64,000 nt of DNA from the human T2T-CHM13v2.0 reference genome, Homo sapiens. Below are positions 40,070-55,179 of the stretch, piece after piece. Position numbers and translations under genes: made by a program. The stretch is from the NCBI RefSeq assembly GCF_009914755.1, contig NC_060935.1; one strand, written 5' to 3'. The first letter of the stretch is position 1. Every line of letters begins with the position of its first letter. The notes under the pieces are model-generated. The model saw nothing but the letters and a program-made list of their open reading frames with translations. It was not told the origin of the DNA and did no database searches.

Positions 40070-43000
40070 TAAATTTTTTTTGAAGGATGTAAAATCTGTC
40101 TAGATTTTTTTGTATGTAGATGTCCAGTTGTTTCAGCACCATTTGTGGAAAGACTGTCTTTTCTTCATATGTATTGTTTTTGCTCCTTTGTCAAAGATCA
40201 TTCGGGTATATTTATGTAGGTCTGTGTCTGGGCTCTCTATTCTGTTCCGTTGATCTGTCTATTCTTTCACCAATATCACACTGTCTTGATGACTGTAGCT
40301 TTATTTTAAGTTTTGGAGTTTGGTAGTCTCAGTCTTCTGACTTTGTTCTTCAATATTGAGTTGCCTATTCTGGATCTTTACCTCTCTATACAAATTTAGA
40401 ATCAGTTTGTTGATAGCCACAGAATAACTTGCTGAGATTTTTACTGAAATTTTATTGAATCTATAATTCAAGTTGGGAAGAACCGACATCTTGACAATAT
40501 TGAGTCCTCCCAGCTAGGAATATAGAATAGCTCTCCATTTATTTAAGTTATTTGATATCTTTCATCAGAGTTTTATATTTTTACTCTTATAGATCTTATA
40601 CATATTTTGTTAGATTTATACTTATTTCATTGTTTTCAGTGCTAATGTAAATGGTGATGGGTTTTAAATTTCAAATTCCACTTATTCATTGCTAGTGTAT
40701 ATGAAAGGGATTGATTTTTGTATATTAAACTTATATCCTGCCATCTTGCAGTAACTGCTTATTAGTTCCATTTTGTTGTTGTTGTTGATTTTGTTGGATT
40801 CTCTATATAAACAATCATGTTATCTGTGAACAAAGACAGTTTTATTTCTTTTTTCCCAATATATATACCTTGTATTTTTTTTTTCTTGACTTACTGCATT
40901 GGCTAGGACTTTCAGTATGGTGTTGAAAAGGAGTGTGAGAGGGGACATCTTTGCCTTGTTGCTGGTCTGAGTAGAAAAGCTTTGAATTTTTCATCATTAT
41001 GATATAAGCAGTAGGTTTTTTTGTAGATATTCTTTATCAACTAGAGGAAATTTCCTTCTATTCCTAGTTTGCTGAGAGTTTTTATCATGAATAAGTATTG
41101 GATTTGGTCAAAGGCTTTTTCTGTATCTATTGGTGTGCTCTTGGATTTTTTTCTCTTTAGCTTGTTGATGTGGTGGATTACATTAATTGATCTGTGAAAG
41201 CTGAACCAGCCTTGCATACCTGGGATAAATCTCACTTGATCATGGTGTTTAATTCTTTTTACACAATGTTGGATTTGAATACTGGTTGTTGTTGGTTTTT
41301 TTTAGAATTTTTTGCTTCTATTTTCATGAGAGATATTGGTCTGTAGTTTTCTGTTTTTTTTTTAATTAAAAAATTTTATGGGTACATAGTAGGTATATAT
41401 ATTTATAGGGTACCTGAGATAATTTTGATACAGGCATACAATGGGTAATTATCACATTAGGGAAAATTGGGTATCTATCCCCTCAAGCATTTATCATTTC
41501 TTTGTGTTACAGACGTTCCAACTATAGTCTTTTAGTCATTTTGAGATGTACAATAAATTATTGTTGACTATAGTCACTCTGTTGCACTATCAAATACTAT
41601 ATCTTATTTATTCTATCTAACTATATTTTTGTACCCATTAACCATCCCTACTTACCACTCCCCACCCTTCCCAGCCTCTGGTGATCATCATTCTACCTTC
41701 TATCTCTTTGAGTTCAGTTGTTTTAATTTTTAGCTCCTACAAATGAGTGAGAACATGCCAAGGTTGTCTTTCTGCACCTGGCTTATTTCACTTAACATAA
41801 TGACCTCCATTTCCATCCATGTTGCAAATGACAGGATCTCATTCTTTTTAACAATTGAGTAGTTCTCCATTGTGTATAAGTACCACATTTTCTTTATTCA
41901 TTCATTTGTTGATGGACACTTAGGTTGCTTCCAAATCTTGGCTGTTGTGAATAGTGCTATTATAAGCATGGGAGTATAGATACCTCTTCGATATACTGAT
42001 TTCCTTTCTTTTGATATATATACCTAGCATTGGGATTGCTGGATCATAGTTTAGTTCTATTTTTAGTTTTTTGAGGAGCCTCTGTACTGTTCTCCATAGA
42101 TGCTGTACCTGTTTACATTCCCACCAACACTGTATGAGGGTTCCATTTTCTCTACATCCTCACCAGCATTCATTATTGCCTGTCTTTTGGTTAAAAGCCA
42201 TTTTAACTAGGAGGAGATGAGATCTTATTAGAGTTTTGATTTGCATTTCTCTAATGATCAATGATGTTGAGCACCTTTTCAGGTCTTGTAACAACATGAC
42301 TTAATTTTGCCCATTTTTAAATTAGATTTTTTTTTTGCTATTAAGTTGTTTGAGCTCCTTATATATTCTGGTTATTAATCCCTTGTCAGATGGATTGTTT
42401 GCAGATATTTTCTCCCATTCTTTTGGTTGTCTCTTCATTTTGTTGATTGTTTCCTTTGCTATGCAGAAGCTTTTTAACTCTGTGATCCCATTTGCCCATT
42501 TGATTGCCTGTGCTTTGGGGGTATTACTCAAGAAATCTTTGCCTAGACCAATGTCCTGGACAGTTTCCCTAGTGTTTTCTTTGAATAGTTTCATGGTTTG
42601 AGATCTTAGTCTAAGTCTTTAATCCATTTTGATTTGATTTTTGTACATGGTGAGAGATAGGTACCTAGTTTCCTTCTTCTTCATTCCGTGTTATTGATAA
42701 GTTAAGGACTTATTCCTGCCATTTTGTTATTTGTTTCCTGGTTCTTTTGTGATCTTCTTATTTTTCCTTGCTTCTGTCCTGTCTTCCTTTTTGTGAAGGT
42801 GATTTTCTCTGGTAGTATGATTTAATTTCTTGCTTTCTATTTTTTTGTGTGTATCTGTTGCAGGATTTTTTTTTTAGTTTAAGGTTACCATGAGGCTTAC
42901 AAATAACATTTTATAATCCATTATTTTAAACTGATGACAACTTAACACTGATTGCAAAAACAAGCTAACAAGCAAAGAGAAAACTAATGAAAACTTACAC

Positions 43001-45729
43001 TTCAACTTCACTCCTCCCTACCTTTTAACATTTTGTTTTTATTTATATTTTATGATACTGCCTATGTCTTGAAAAGTTGTTGTAGCTATTTTTGTTAGGT
43101 TCATCTTTTAATCTTTCTACCCAAGATATGAATAGTTTACACACCATAATTACAGTGTTATAATATTCTGTGTGTGTCTGTGGACTTGCTATTACCGGTG
43201 GGTTTTGTACCTTCAGACGATTTCTTATTGCTTGTTAACATCCTTTTCTTTCGGATTGAATAACTCTTTAGTATTTCTTATAAGACAGGTCTAGTGTTGA
43301 TGAAATCCCTCAGCCTTTGTTTGTCCGGGAAAGTATTCCTCCTTTATGTTTGAAGAACATTTTTGCCAGATATACTCTAAAAGCTTTTTTCCTTCAGCAC
43401 TTCAAATATGTCATGTCACTTTCTTCTAGCCTGTAAGGTTTCCACTGAAAAGTCTGCTGCCAGATGTATTTGAGCTCCTTTATATGTTATTTGTTTCTTT
43501 TCTCTTGCTGCTTTTAGGATCCTTCCTTTTTTCTTGACCTTTGGAAGTGTGATTATTAAATGACTTGAGATAGTCTTCTTTGGGGTTCAATCTGCTTGGT
43601 GTTCTATAACCTTCTAATACTTGAATATTGATATCTTGCTGCAGGTTTGGAAAGTTCTCTATTATTATCCCTTTGAATAAACTTTCTACCTCAATCTCTC
43701 TTTCCACCTCTTCTTTAAGGCCAATAACTCTTAGATTCGCCCTTTTGAAGCTACTTTATAGATCTTGTAGGCATGCTTCATTCTTTCTTATTCTGTTTTC
43801 TTTTGTCTCCTCTCTCTATGTTTTCAAGCTCACTAATTCTTTCTTTTGCTTGATAAATTCTGCTGTTGAGAGATTGATGTATTCTTCAGTTTGTGAATGG
43901 AAATTTTTAGCTCCAGAATTTCTGCTTGATTTTCAAAAATTATTTCAATCTCCTTTGTTAAATTTATCTGTTAGAATTCTGAATTCCTTCTCTCTGTTGT
44001 CTTGAATTTCCTCGAGCTTCCTCAAAAGAGCTAATTTGAATTCTCTGTCTGAAAGGTCACATGTCTCTGTCACTCCAGGATTGGTCACTGATGACTTATT
44101 TAGTTCATTTGGCTAGGTCATGTTTTCCTGAATGTTCTTGATGCTTGTGGATGTTTGTCAATGTCTAGGCATTGAAGAGTTAGGTATTTATTGTAGTCTC
44201 TGCAGTCTGGGCTTGTTTGTACCCATCCTTCTTAGGAAGGCTTTCTACGTATTCAAAGGAAATTGAGTGTTGTGATCTAAATCTTGGTCACTGCAGCCGT
44301 TCTGCATTGGGGGCAGCACTCCAAGCCCAGTACTGTGAGTCTTATGGACTCACGAAGGTACAGCCTTGGTGGTCACGGATAAGATCTGGAAGAATTCGCT
44401 GGGTACTAGGCAAAGTCTCTTGTTCTCTTTTCTTACTTTCTCCCTAACAAATGGAGTCTCTGTCTCTGTGATGAGCTGCCTAGAACTGGGGAATGGGTGA
44501 CACAGGCAGTCCTGTGGTCACCGCTGCTTGGACTGTGCTGGATCAGATCCAAAGTGAGCACAGCACTGGATCTTTCCCAGGGCCTGCAGTGACCGCTGCC
44601 TGGCTGCTTCTGATGTTCACTTAGGCTCCAGGGGCTCTTCAGTCAGCAGGTGGCAAATCCATTCTGGCTTATGTCCTCTGCAGGACAGCAGGCCTCACCC
44701 CTGGCCCAAGTCATGACCAGAAATGCCATCTGGGAGCCAGGGCTTGGAGTTGGGAACCTTAGGAATCTACTTGGTTCTCTATTCTACGTGGCTGAGCTGG
44801 CATCCAAGCTGCAAGTCCTTCCCACTTTTCCCTCTCCTTTCCACATGTAGAAGAAGTCTCTCTTCATGGCCACCACTGCCCTTGGCCCATGGCAAGTACA
44901 GCCTGGCCACTGGCTGATGTTCAGTCAAGGCTCAAGGGCTCTTCAGTCGGCTTGTGGTGAATGCTCTCAGGCCTGGGTCGCTCCCTTCGGGGCAGCAGTC
45001 TCCCCTCTGGCCCAGGGTGAGTCTAGAAACGCCATCCAGGAACCAAGGCCTGGGATAAGACCCCAAAGTCTACTTGGTACTCTACCCTGCTATGGCCAAG
45101 CTGGTCCCCAAACTGCAAAACAAAGCCCCCTTTTCTCTCTCCTTCCCCTGAGCAGGAGGAGTCTCTCCCAGTGGCCACCACAGCTGTGAATGTGCTGGGT
45201 CATACCTGAAGCCAGCACAGCCATAAGTCTTACCCAGGGCCCACAGTGAGAACTGCCTGTGTACCACTGATGTTTATTCAGGGCCCAGTGCTCTTAAGGC
45301 AGCAGACTGAATCCTACCAGCACTGGGCCCTTCTCTTCAAGGGAGCAAGTTTCCTTCTGGCCCAGTGTGTGTCTAGAACTAGGGCCTGGAATGAGGGTTT
45401 CAGGACTCTGCCTGCTGCCCTATTCTGCTGTGGTTGAGCTAGTATCCAAGTTGGAAGATGAAGTCCTCTTTATTGTTCCCTCTCCTCTCCTCAAGTGGAA
45501 GGAAAAGGTCTTTCCTGGAGCTGTGAGCTGCACTGCCTGAGGTTGGGGGAGCAGTGACACAAGCACCCACTTTACTGTACCAGCAGCTGGTGTATATATG
45601 TAGGCCACATGCACCCCGAGTCTGCTGGTTCTGAGCCCAGACTTGCCCAGGAATTGCCATCCTTGTGGCCTGGACTGCCTTTCAAGTTTATTTAGGACCC
45701 CAGAGTACTTTAGCCATTAACCCAATACA

Positions 45730-45885
45730 TTGTTGCTGTGATCATCTGGAACAAACTGTTATTTTTTCTGTAAATGGGATGGCAAAGCCTGGATGACAGC
45801 GTATCAGTTTATAGCATGGTTTATGAATATTTTAAGCCCACTATCGAGACCTGCTGCTCAAAGAAAGATTCCTTCCAAAATAGTA
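45730..45885 (+). mobile_element. Tigger1-like transposase fragment
   Basis: aaagcctggatgacagc...gcatggtttatgaatattttaagcccactatcgagacctgctgctcaaagaaagattccttccaaaata resembles recalled Tigger1 internal sequence. Confidence 0.6.
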
Positions 45886-45887
45886 AG

Positions 45888-46030
45888 AATTGAAAATTTT
45901 TAATTTTTAATAAATTAATTTAATTTTAATTAAATTAATTAATTTTAATAAATTGATTTTTATTAAAAATTAATAAATTGATTTTAATAATATTTAAATT
46001 AATTTAATTTTAATAAAAAGAAAGAATTTT
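45888..46030. repeat. AT-only low-complexity, quasi-palindromic tract
   Basis: Repeated taaattaatt/ttttaataaatt units. Confidence 0.9.
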
Positions 46031-48715
46031 ATTTGACCTTTGCTTTTTCTCTAATGCTCTTTCTTTCCTTATGTAGATCTGAATTCCTGACCTATATCAT
46101 TTTCCTTCTCTCTGAAGAACATTTAACATTTCTTGCAAGGCAAGGCTACTGACAAATTTCCTCAATTTTTTTTCTGAGAAAATCTTTATTTCTCCTTCAC
46201 TTGGGGGATAATTTTGCAGGGTACAGAATTCTTAAGTGTGTGGTTTTTTTCTCTCAACACTTTAAATATTTCACTCCACTTCCTTCTATTGCATGGTTTT
46301 TAGGAGAAGTCAGATGAAATTCTTATCCTTGCTCCTCTGTAGGTAAGGTGTTTTCCCCTACCCCTGGCATCTATAGAGATTTTTTTTCTTTATGTTTGAT
46401 TTTCTGAAGTTTGCATACCATATGCTAGGTGTGGTTTTTGGGTTTTTTGGGTTTTCTTTTCTTAACATTTTTAGGGTTTTTGCTTTCATTCTTTTTTTTT
46501 TTTCTTCATTTATTCTGTTTATTGTTCTCTGAGCTTCCTGGATCTGTAGTTTGGTATCTTGATATTATTTTGGTAAAATCCTCAGTCATTATTGCTTCAG
46601 ATATTGCTTCTGTTCTTTTCTCTGTTTCTTCTCTTCTGGTATTTTCATTACATGTATTTATATCTTTTGTAGTTGTTCTACAGTTGTTGGAGATCCTGTT
46701 TTGTTTTCTTCAGTCTTTTTTTTTCTGTGCTTTTCAGGTTTGGAAGTTACTGTTAAAATATCCTCAAGTTCAGAGATTATTTCCTCAGTTATATCCAGTT
46801 TAATAATTAGCCCATCTTCATTTTCATTACAGTGTGTTTGATCTCTATCATTTCTTTTTTATTCTTTCTTAGAATTTTCATCTCTCTGTTTACATTATTC
46901 ATCTGTTCTTGCATGTTGTCTGCCTTTTCCATTAGAACCTTTAGCATATTAATCATAATTGTTTTAAATTTCTGGTCTGGTAATTTCAGCATCTCTGCCA
47001 TGTCTCATTCTGGTTTGATGCTTACTCAGTCTCTTCAAACTGTGTTTTTGCTTTTCAATATGCCTTGTAATTTTTTGTTGAAGTACTGGGTGAAAGGAAC
47101 TCTGGGAAATAGGCCTTCAATGGTATGGTGGTATTGTGTGGGGGGAAGGACTGGACTGTGAACTTCACAAATGCTTCTCAGTTTTTCCCCAACCTTGCTT
47201 AGGTGGGACAGGATGGCTACAGGGGACTAGAGTTGGGTATTTCCTCACTTTTATGTGGAAGGTTAGAGCCAGCTGGAGTTGGTTATTTCCTTTCTTGCAA
47301 ATAGGATAGGCTCTGATAAAACCCTAACAGGTTAGGCTCTTGTAAAATAGTTTCTCCTCAGGGCAAATCTTGTTAAGAACAAAATGCTCTGGTATATTTC
47401 AGAATGGTTACTTTCCCTTCCCCTTTCTAGAAGCACCAAGGGGTTGTTCTCTAGTATTCTCTGTGAGAACCTGGTTGAACAAATTCTGGTGGTAAAACTC
47501 TGGAAGTGTGGGGATGCCCCCATCTCTCTCCCTGACTGGGTTTCCCTGGAGTTTTTAAACTCTCAGACTTGTCCACACTGAGCCTCCAGCAATTTGTCAA
47601 TTACAGTTAAGGTTTTCCTACCCTGGCACTGGTTCCTGGAGAGGTTTGTGCTCCAGTAAGTTGTGATTCTCTCTATTCACCTGCCCATCTGTTCAGTTTC
47701 CAAGGCAGCTGTTTGTGATGTGACCTCATTTGCTTGATAAATTGGAGAAAAGGTGTTGATTTCATTTCAGCCTTTTACTTGTGTTAGGACAGAATGGTGA
47801 CTTCTAAGCTTATTAAGTGCCATACTGGAAACCAGAAACCCCCAGACAGGATTTTAGTAGATGGAAGAACATGAAGATGGCATTCCAGAAAAAGGGAATA
47901 CCATGAACAAAGTAATGATCATGTGTTTGTGGGCCAGTGGAGAAAGTGACTTGCCTAGACTAGCAGAAGCATGGTGAAAATAGTGGGTGAGAAGTTTAGA
48001 TATGTTAAGTGCAACGGATTTTGAAGGATATTGAATGGATTTTGGATGAAGAATAATCTGGACTGTGAGAAGCTGGGGTAATGGGAAGAGCTCTGCTACT
48101 GATTGTGTGTGTGTAAACTCTCATGGGGTATTGCTGGGATATAAGGGTCTGGGTATTTGTTTTAGTTATTTACTTAACAAATTATTTTGTAGCTGGCTAA
48201 TTTACTGAACTTGCTTATTAGTTCTGATAGGTTTTTAGCTGATTCTTTAGGGTTTCCTTCTTAGCCAATCTATGGAAAGCTCTTGGATTTATTTTCACAT
48301 TTGTATCCTTTTTCTGTTTTCTTATTCATTAATTACTTCTACTGATCTTCTTGGATTTGTTTCATTTTCCACATTAAGTTGGATGCTTACTTTATTTTTG
48401 TATGATAATTTGGCATATACATCAAAATAAAATTAAAGTGTGGGACTAGAAGCAGTTGGAATTTTGGAAATATCTGCAGTCTCAGTAGATTTCATCTCTA
48501 AGATTTTAAATATAAAAAGTGGCTATATACTTTTAAATAGGTGAGATATGTTAGCAGGCTTCAACTTAACATTTAAGGCAAATGTCAGATTTTTTATTGC
48601 TGTGAACTTATTACTGAGGAAAGAAAACATTTAAATATTTTTCTCCAGCCACAAATCCCCATAAGTTTAAAGATTTTGACAGAATGCCATACTTTATGTA
48701 TGTTAAAAAATTGTA

Positions 48716-48888
48716 AGCCAGGATCAATGGCATGCACCTCTAGCCACAGCTGCTCAGGAGGCCAAGACAGGAGGTTCACCTGAGCCTGGGAGTTTGAAGC
48801 TGTAGTGTGCAATGATCGTGCCTGTGAATAGCTACTATACTCCAGTCTGGGCAATGGAGCAAGACCCTGGCTCTTAAAAAAAAAAAAG
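48716..48888 (+). mobile_element. FAM-like fossil Alu monomer
   Basis: Retains the 7SL-derived 'gatcgtgcctgtgaatagc.act' segment absent from dimeric Alus; polyA tail. Confidence 0.75.
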
Positions 48889-48939
48889 TAATATTCAGTG
48901 AATACAATTTCATAGTTTTTAATCCTTTCAAAGTACATT

Positions 48940-49650
48940 AAAAATAGTGTGCTAAATTCTTTGATACTTCTTCCTCCAGGAGGTGAAGCTTCATTACTCT
49001 CCCTTTCAGTATGGACTGAACATAGTGACTTGCTTCTAGGGAGCATAGACTATGGGATGGGAACAGTAGTAATTTAGCAGTGGGAAAACCTGGCAGACCT
49101 CACCTTAACTATGTGAGCAAGGTTAACGTTACTTTTAATAAGTCATATTGGTAGCATATGTCCCCTGATGGAGTGTGAAGGGAAGGGTACATCATCTCTG
49201 TAGTATTCTCCAAAATCTATAACCTCAATCTAATAAGTAGAAAACATCGGATAAACCCAAATTGAGGGACATTCTATATGAAAGTCCTGACCAGTACTGT
49301 CAACTATGTCAATGTCATGAAAGACAAGGAAAGACTGAGAAACTGTCCCTGATTAGAGGAGACTGAGCTGACATGACAAGTAAATGCACTATGGTGTCCT
49401 GGATTAGATCCTGGAACAGAAAAAGGACTTTAGGAGAAAACTGGGAATCTGGAGAAGAAAAAAAGTATGTTGTTTAGTTAATAGAATTGTACCAATGTTA
49501 ACCTCTTGGTTTTGATAATTGTACCATGGTGATGTAAGATGTTAACATTAGGAGAAGCTGGATGAGGGGCATTCCAGATATTTGAGAACTCTCTGGCTAC
49601 TATTGCAACTGTTCACTAAGTCTAAAAGTATTACAAAATAAAAAGTTATA
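48940..49650 (+). mobile_element. L1MC/ME-type 3' end
   Basis: aaacccaaattgagggacattct...ctggattagatcctggaacagaaaaaggac...gtctaaaagtattacaaaataaaaagt. Confidence 0.7.
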
Positions 49651-49663
49651 AAAGCAATTACCA

Positions 49664-50021
<358 letters not shown>

Positions 50022-52220
50022 TTATAAAATGAATTCTGCTGCAGTTAGGTGAACCATTGTGTGTGGCTTTCTATAAACTTTCAGCAAGTGCCATATGGGT
50101 GGGTTCCTAAATTACTGTCTTTATGTAACTGATAGGTGAAGATGGTGGGGCTGGGAAAATGTGCTGGATTAATAGAAACATGTTTCCAGGAGTTGCATGT
50201 GGAGAAGGCAAATAAAACAGCTTCATGAATAAGGAAGTGAAAAAAAGCCGTCTCATGTTTTATGCGGCAAGGTGTTTTACATACAACTAAATTAACAAAA
50301 TAAATATTTTAAGTAAAGAAAATGATTAGTATGTGGATAAATCCCAGCTATATTAACCTTTTTGCTTCAAAATCCCTTTTTATGTTAAAGAAAGTAAGTT
50401 CTATTAATTGCTGTTTGTTGGATCCCCAAGTTAAAGGGATATCAGATATTTGTGAACTTCCTCTGCTCTTCTGGAGAAACTGGTAACATGGGCATAGTAA
50501 ATGTCTTCAAAAACCTCCAGTCCACAAGAAGTGCCTTTAAAGGGTTTTGCTGATATTTTTTTCCCTCGAATTTTAAGTTAGTTGTCAGGTAACTCTTATA
50601 TTTATGAAAATGGAGTATGTAAAAGAATAAACAAAAAAATCTTGCTTACAGTAATTCTAAACTAAAAGTAAGGATGCTTGGGTTATAATTTGGCCTTATT
50701 ATTGAGCTTTTTGAGCTGTCAGATGAAGATTATTAGAGCCTATCTCTGGGACCTTCAGACTGTTATGAGGTTGTCCAAGAAGGACACCAGACTCCCTGCT
50801 CTTGTGCTGTCAAAAGGACCAGTGAGCACCAAAGAGCCTGTTGGACACAGGGCTTTGGAAAGTTGGGAATGCTCGTTGCTACTATTTTGTTAAAGCAAAC
50901 AAATGAAAAGGAATAATTAGCCTTTGGCATATGTATTTGGAAAGGCTTAGAATCTCTTTGGAAGTTTTCAGGCTTATCTTCAGACACAGCTTTGAAAAAT
51001 AAATCCGTGATGCATGGAAATATTTTCCAGCTGTTCACCTGAAATAAATGGTTCTGTCAATGTTAGTGTGTTAAGAGTAAGTTTCCTGTAGCTCGGATCT
51101 CTTGAATCTCCTCATTTGCTAAGAGGGAGAAGATTTGCCTTTTTAACAGTGCAGCTGTTTCTTAAACTTCTTGAGGGAGCAAGTGAATGCTTTATTTAAT
51201 CTGTCTTGGTTCTCTTGGGTTTTGGGGTCTGTGTTTTGCTGTTTTCTCATTAATTTTGGAAAATTCTTAGCTCTTTTTCCTTTAAATACATCTGCTGCCT
51301 TGTTCTCCACTTCCCCCTCTCTCCTCTTCTGAGACTATAGTTACACTATATTAGAGTGTTTGATATCGTCCTACAGTTCTAGAGTACTCTGTTTTAGATT
51401 TTTCCCTCCCACTCTTTTTTCTTTTTGTGTTTCAGTTTGGATAATTTCTATTGTTCTGTCTTCAAGCTCTCTCTTTCTTTTCTTGGCTCTGTCTAGTGTG
51501 CTAAGACTGTCAAAGGAATTCTTCATCTATAATACTGGTTTTTCACTTCTAGCATTTTTATTTGACTGTTTTTTATATTATCCATCTTTCTACCAAAAAT
51601 TCCCATATGTTCCTGCGAGTTGTCCACCTTTTTCACTAGATCCTTTAATATATTAATTATAGTTAAAGTGCTTGTCTAATAGTTCCTTCATCTTGGTCAT
51701 CTTTGAGTTAGGTTCTGTTGACAGCTTTATTTTATGTCAGTGGGCTGTTTTCTCTTATTTCAAAAAACTGAGAGGTTAAGTAACTTAAAATTGCTCAAGA
51801 TGCTCTATAACTGTTGTTCTTTCCACTATGCCACACTGGCTTCTCTTAAATACTTATTATTGCTAATCCCATTGCCTTTGCATTACTGAAAATTAAGAAA
51901 TTAATCACATTTAATTTATGTATAAACTGAGATAGCAGTTTCAATTTGGAGTTCCATTTTGCCCATGATGGTTTTAAGCTGGCCCAGTCCCTGCCCTAGA
52001 GAAGCTTTATAATTCTCATGTTTGAAAATATCCTAGGAATTATATAGTTCTTATGCTGTGAAATCTGTGTGTTTTATAAACAAAATCACTGTGGAATCTG
52101 ATTAACCAAGAAAGTTTAAATGCTTTGTTCAAGGTTATATTGGTGTGACCTATTCACCTGTAACCTAACTCTTCAACTGTGTACCTTCCACAGTTTAGAG
52201 TGACTGGGGAATTTGCATAG

Positions 52221-52546
<326 letters not shown>

Positions 52547-55179
52547 CACACTTTTAAGATAGATATAAATGTGGACCATGTTTTAGGGGAGAAAAAGCCA
52601 TAATAAGCACTTATTTGCATTTGCTCTCTGGATGAGAATAGTGGTGCTTTCGTACATTGCCAGCGTAGCTGAAGACTCCTTCCTCTCTGTGGACAAGCAG
52701 GCTATACTAAGCCCTGGAGGGGCTATAAATTATAATACCTTCTGAACATTTCAAGGTATTACAGAAGACCTGCAGAAACAATTAAGCCTGAGAAGTTCAC
52801 TTATCCCCAGGCTGAGGCACTTGAGCTATGATTATTGGCAAAACTTGCTTCCTTTCTGAGTGAATTGCAATTTGGTGGACAGGGTGAGATGATTTGAGAC
52901 ATCTTAAATTAGAAGTTCAGTTGTGCATTTGTGCCTTTGGCTGGTGTCCTGGGTGGATTTCTTACCAATTATTGTTTTCTATAAATCCCAAAAGCTGCCG
53001 TCTCCACTGTGATTATATGTGAGCATAAGGCTTTGGAATGCTTAAGTTGGAATGTGGTTTAATTTGAATATGACTTAAAAGAATATATGATGATAGACCC
53101 AGTTGGGTAGAAAAGGAGATAAATATTCAGGATATATATGTGTTTATGTTTGGCCTGATGCTTTGTAAATTTTTACACCTTTCAGTTTCTTGAAAAAGGG
53201 TGATTTTCTAAAACTTGCTATGTGCTGGTGCTCTTAATGCTCTGGAATGGGGTAGAAAAAAGGTCTGAATTTAGTTAGGAGTCATGGATTTGGATTGTGA
53301 TTCTGCTCCTTAATATCTTTGTATCTTAGTTTCCTCATTTATAAAATGAAACTGTCCCAAATAAGTGACAAGCTGGTTGTGAAGAGCAGATGAAATAATG
53401 AATATAAAAGTGCTCTGCAGCAGGTAGAACACTAACATTTGCAAGGATGCTGATTTTTAAAATACCAGTATCTATTTCCAAGGAACTCACAGTCTAGCTG
53501 GAGAGAAAAAAGTAATCCTCTGAAACAACAGAAAAACAATTATAGAACAGTATATAACAACTAATGTGTATGGCAAAGGCTGTAAGGGCTAAGGGATTTC
53601 ATAGTAAGGGGAGATTGGTGATAACAGAAAGTGATCAGTAAAGGTTTCATAGGGAAGATGGGTTATTTCAGGTCTCATAAAATGTAAACATTTTGGCTGG
53701 ATGATAGGAGAGAAAGCAGTAACATGAATTTAAGCAGGATTGAGATTGTAGTGAATAGGGCATATCTAAGAAGCAGTAGCAGGGAGGCAGCCAGCTGTGT
53801 ACCCAGATGACCAACTTCTGGACAACTTGAGAAAGTCAGATACCCTTGAAAGCTAAATCTGTATTTCAGCTTTTCTTTGAGTAGGAGACATTCTCATTGT
53901 GCATGCTTTGCTTTCTTCTTATTAGTTAGTGGAGATGATATTAGTTACATAACTCAAGTTACCCTAGGCTTTTAACTCATGGATAGAACACTTGCCCAGG
54001 AAACAGAAGCAGAGTAAGCACATCTAGACTAGAAAGTATCTTTTTCCTTCACCCTTTTGGGTTACTTTACAATTTCCCCATGTTAAATTTTCACATGTTC
54101 ACTCCCTTGCATAAATCCAAATAGCCTCTGGTTTTGAGTGGAATCATAGATCTGAAGGAAGCTGGAGAGATCATATAGACTAGCATCCTGCTTTTGTTAG
54201 GAACTGAGTTTAACTTCTGCTCGGATAAGAAACTGCCTTCTTTCAAAAGACTATATTGGACCAGGAAAGAATAGCTGATACTGGAGCAACCCTCCTGCCA
54301 AAAGAAGAAAAAATTATAAAAGTTTATTTAAAACAACTGCTTACAGGCATTGTAGAACCACTAACACAGTATTTGAGGGAATACCATTCCTGAGAGGAAG
54401 AAAGCACTTGGAATTGAGCTACATAGTCACTCTGGCATCTTCTCTGACGGTACTTGCCAATTCTCTATCCAAGAGTATGGGGTCCCAGCAGAAAGCAGCA
54501 GTCCTACAGGACTTAGAGGTTGGAGTTAGGGCCTATTAAAGTATTTGGGATCTGAAACACAAAATCCCAGGAGAAAGAAAACCACAAGGAAGAAAGTGAA
54601 AAATGTGCTCGTAATCTTCCCTTAGAGTGTTTGCCAACTCCTAAGGTACACATGATCAGAGCAAGACTCCAAGAATCCTAGTAAAAAGCAGCAGTTGGGA
54701 ATGTAGTGAGCAATGCAGATATTTCAGCAGCCATATACAGTGCTGGTGAGAGGTTGGTATTCAAGGCCTGCCAAGGTAGAGGGGCCCTGGCAAATACAAA
54801 TAACCCAGGCTTTAATTGGAGGCCTCAGAAAGACCACACTTTAAGCATAAGGGAAAGCTGAAATAAGCTAGCCCTGACATAGGGCTCTGACAGGACCTCT
54901 GACAGGATTAAAGTGGCCTGACTGTACTCTTACACCTGCCAAAAGAATAAGTTACAGTCTTAGGAGGAAGATAATCTGAATCATCCAGAACCTCTACAGG
55001 TTTTAAACAGAATGTCTGCCATCCAATAAAAAATTAAGAAGTGTGCTAAAATTGAGACCAAATGACCAAAATGAAGAGAAAAACGACAGTAGAAAGATAT
55101 CTACAGGTGACTCAGATATTGGAGTTTATCAGTCAAAAACTGATTATGTTCAAGAAAGTAGAAGAAAAGAAGGAGACTT

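Noticed and set aside
41041-43707. ORFs resembling reverse transcriptase or ORF1p (41041..41235, 42322..42594, 43480..43707)
   Set aside because: Decayed fragments of old L1 copies, interrupted by stops and frameshifts; not an active element or a new system.
48716-48888. 7SL RNA gene or pseudogene
   Set aside because: Lacks most of the S domain, is heavily diverged and has a polyA tail; better explained as a fossil Alu monomer.
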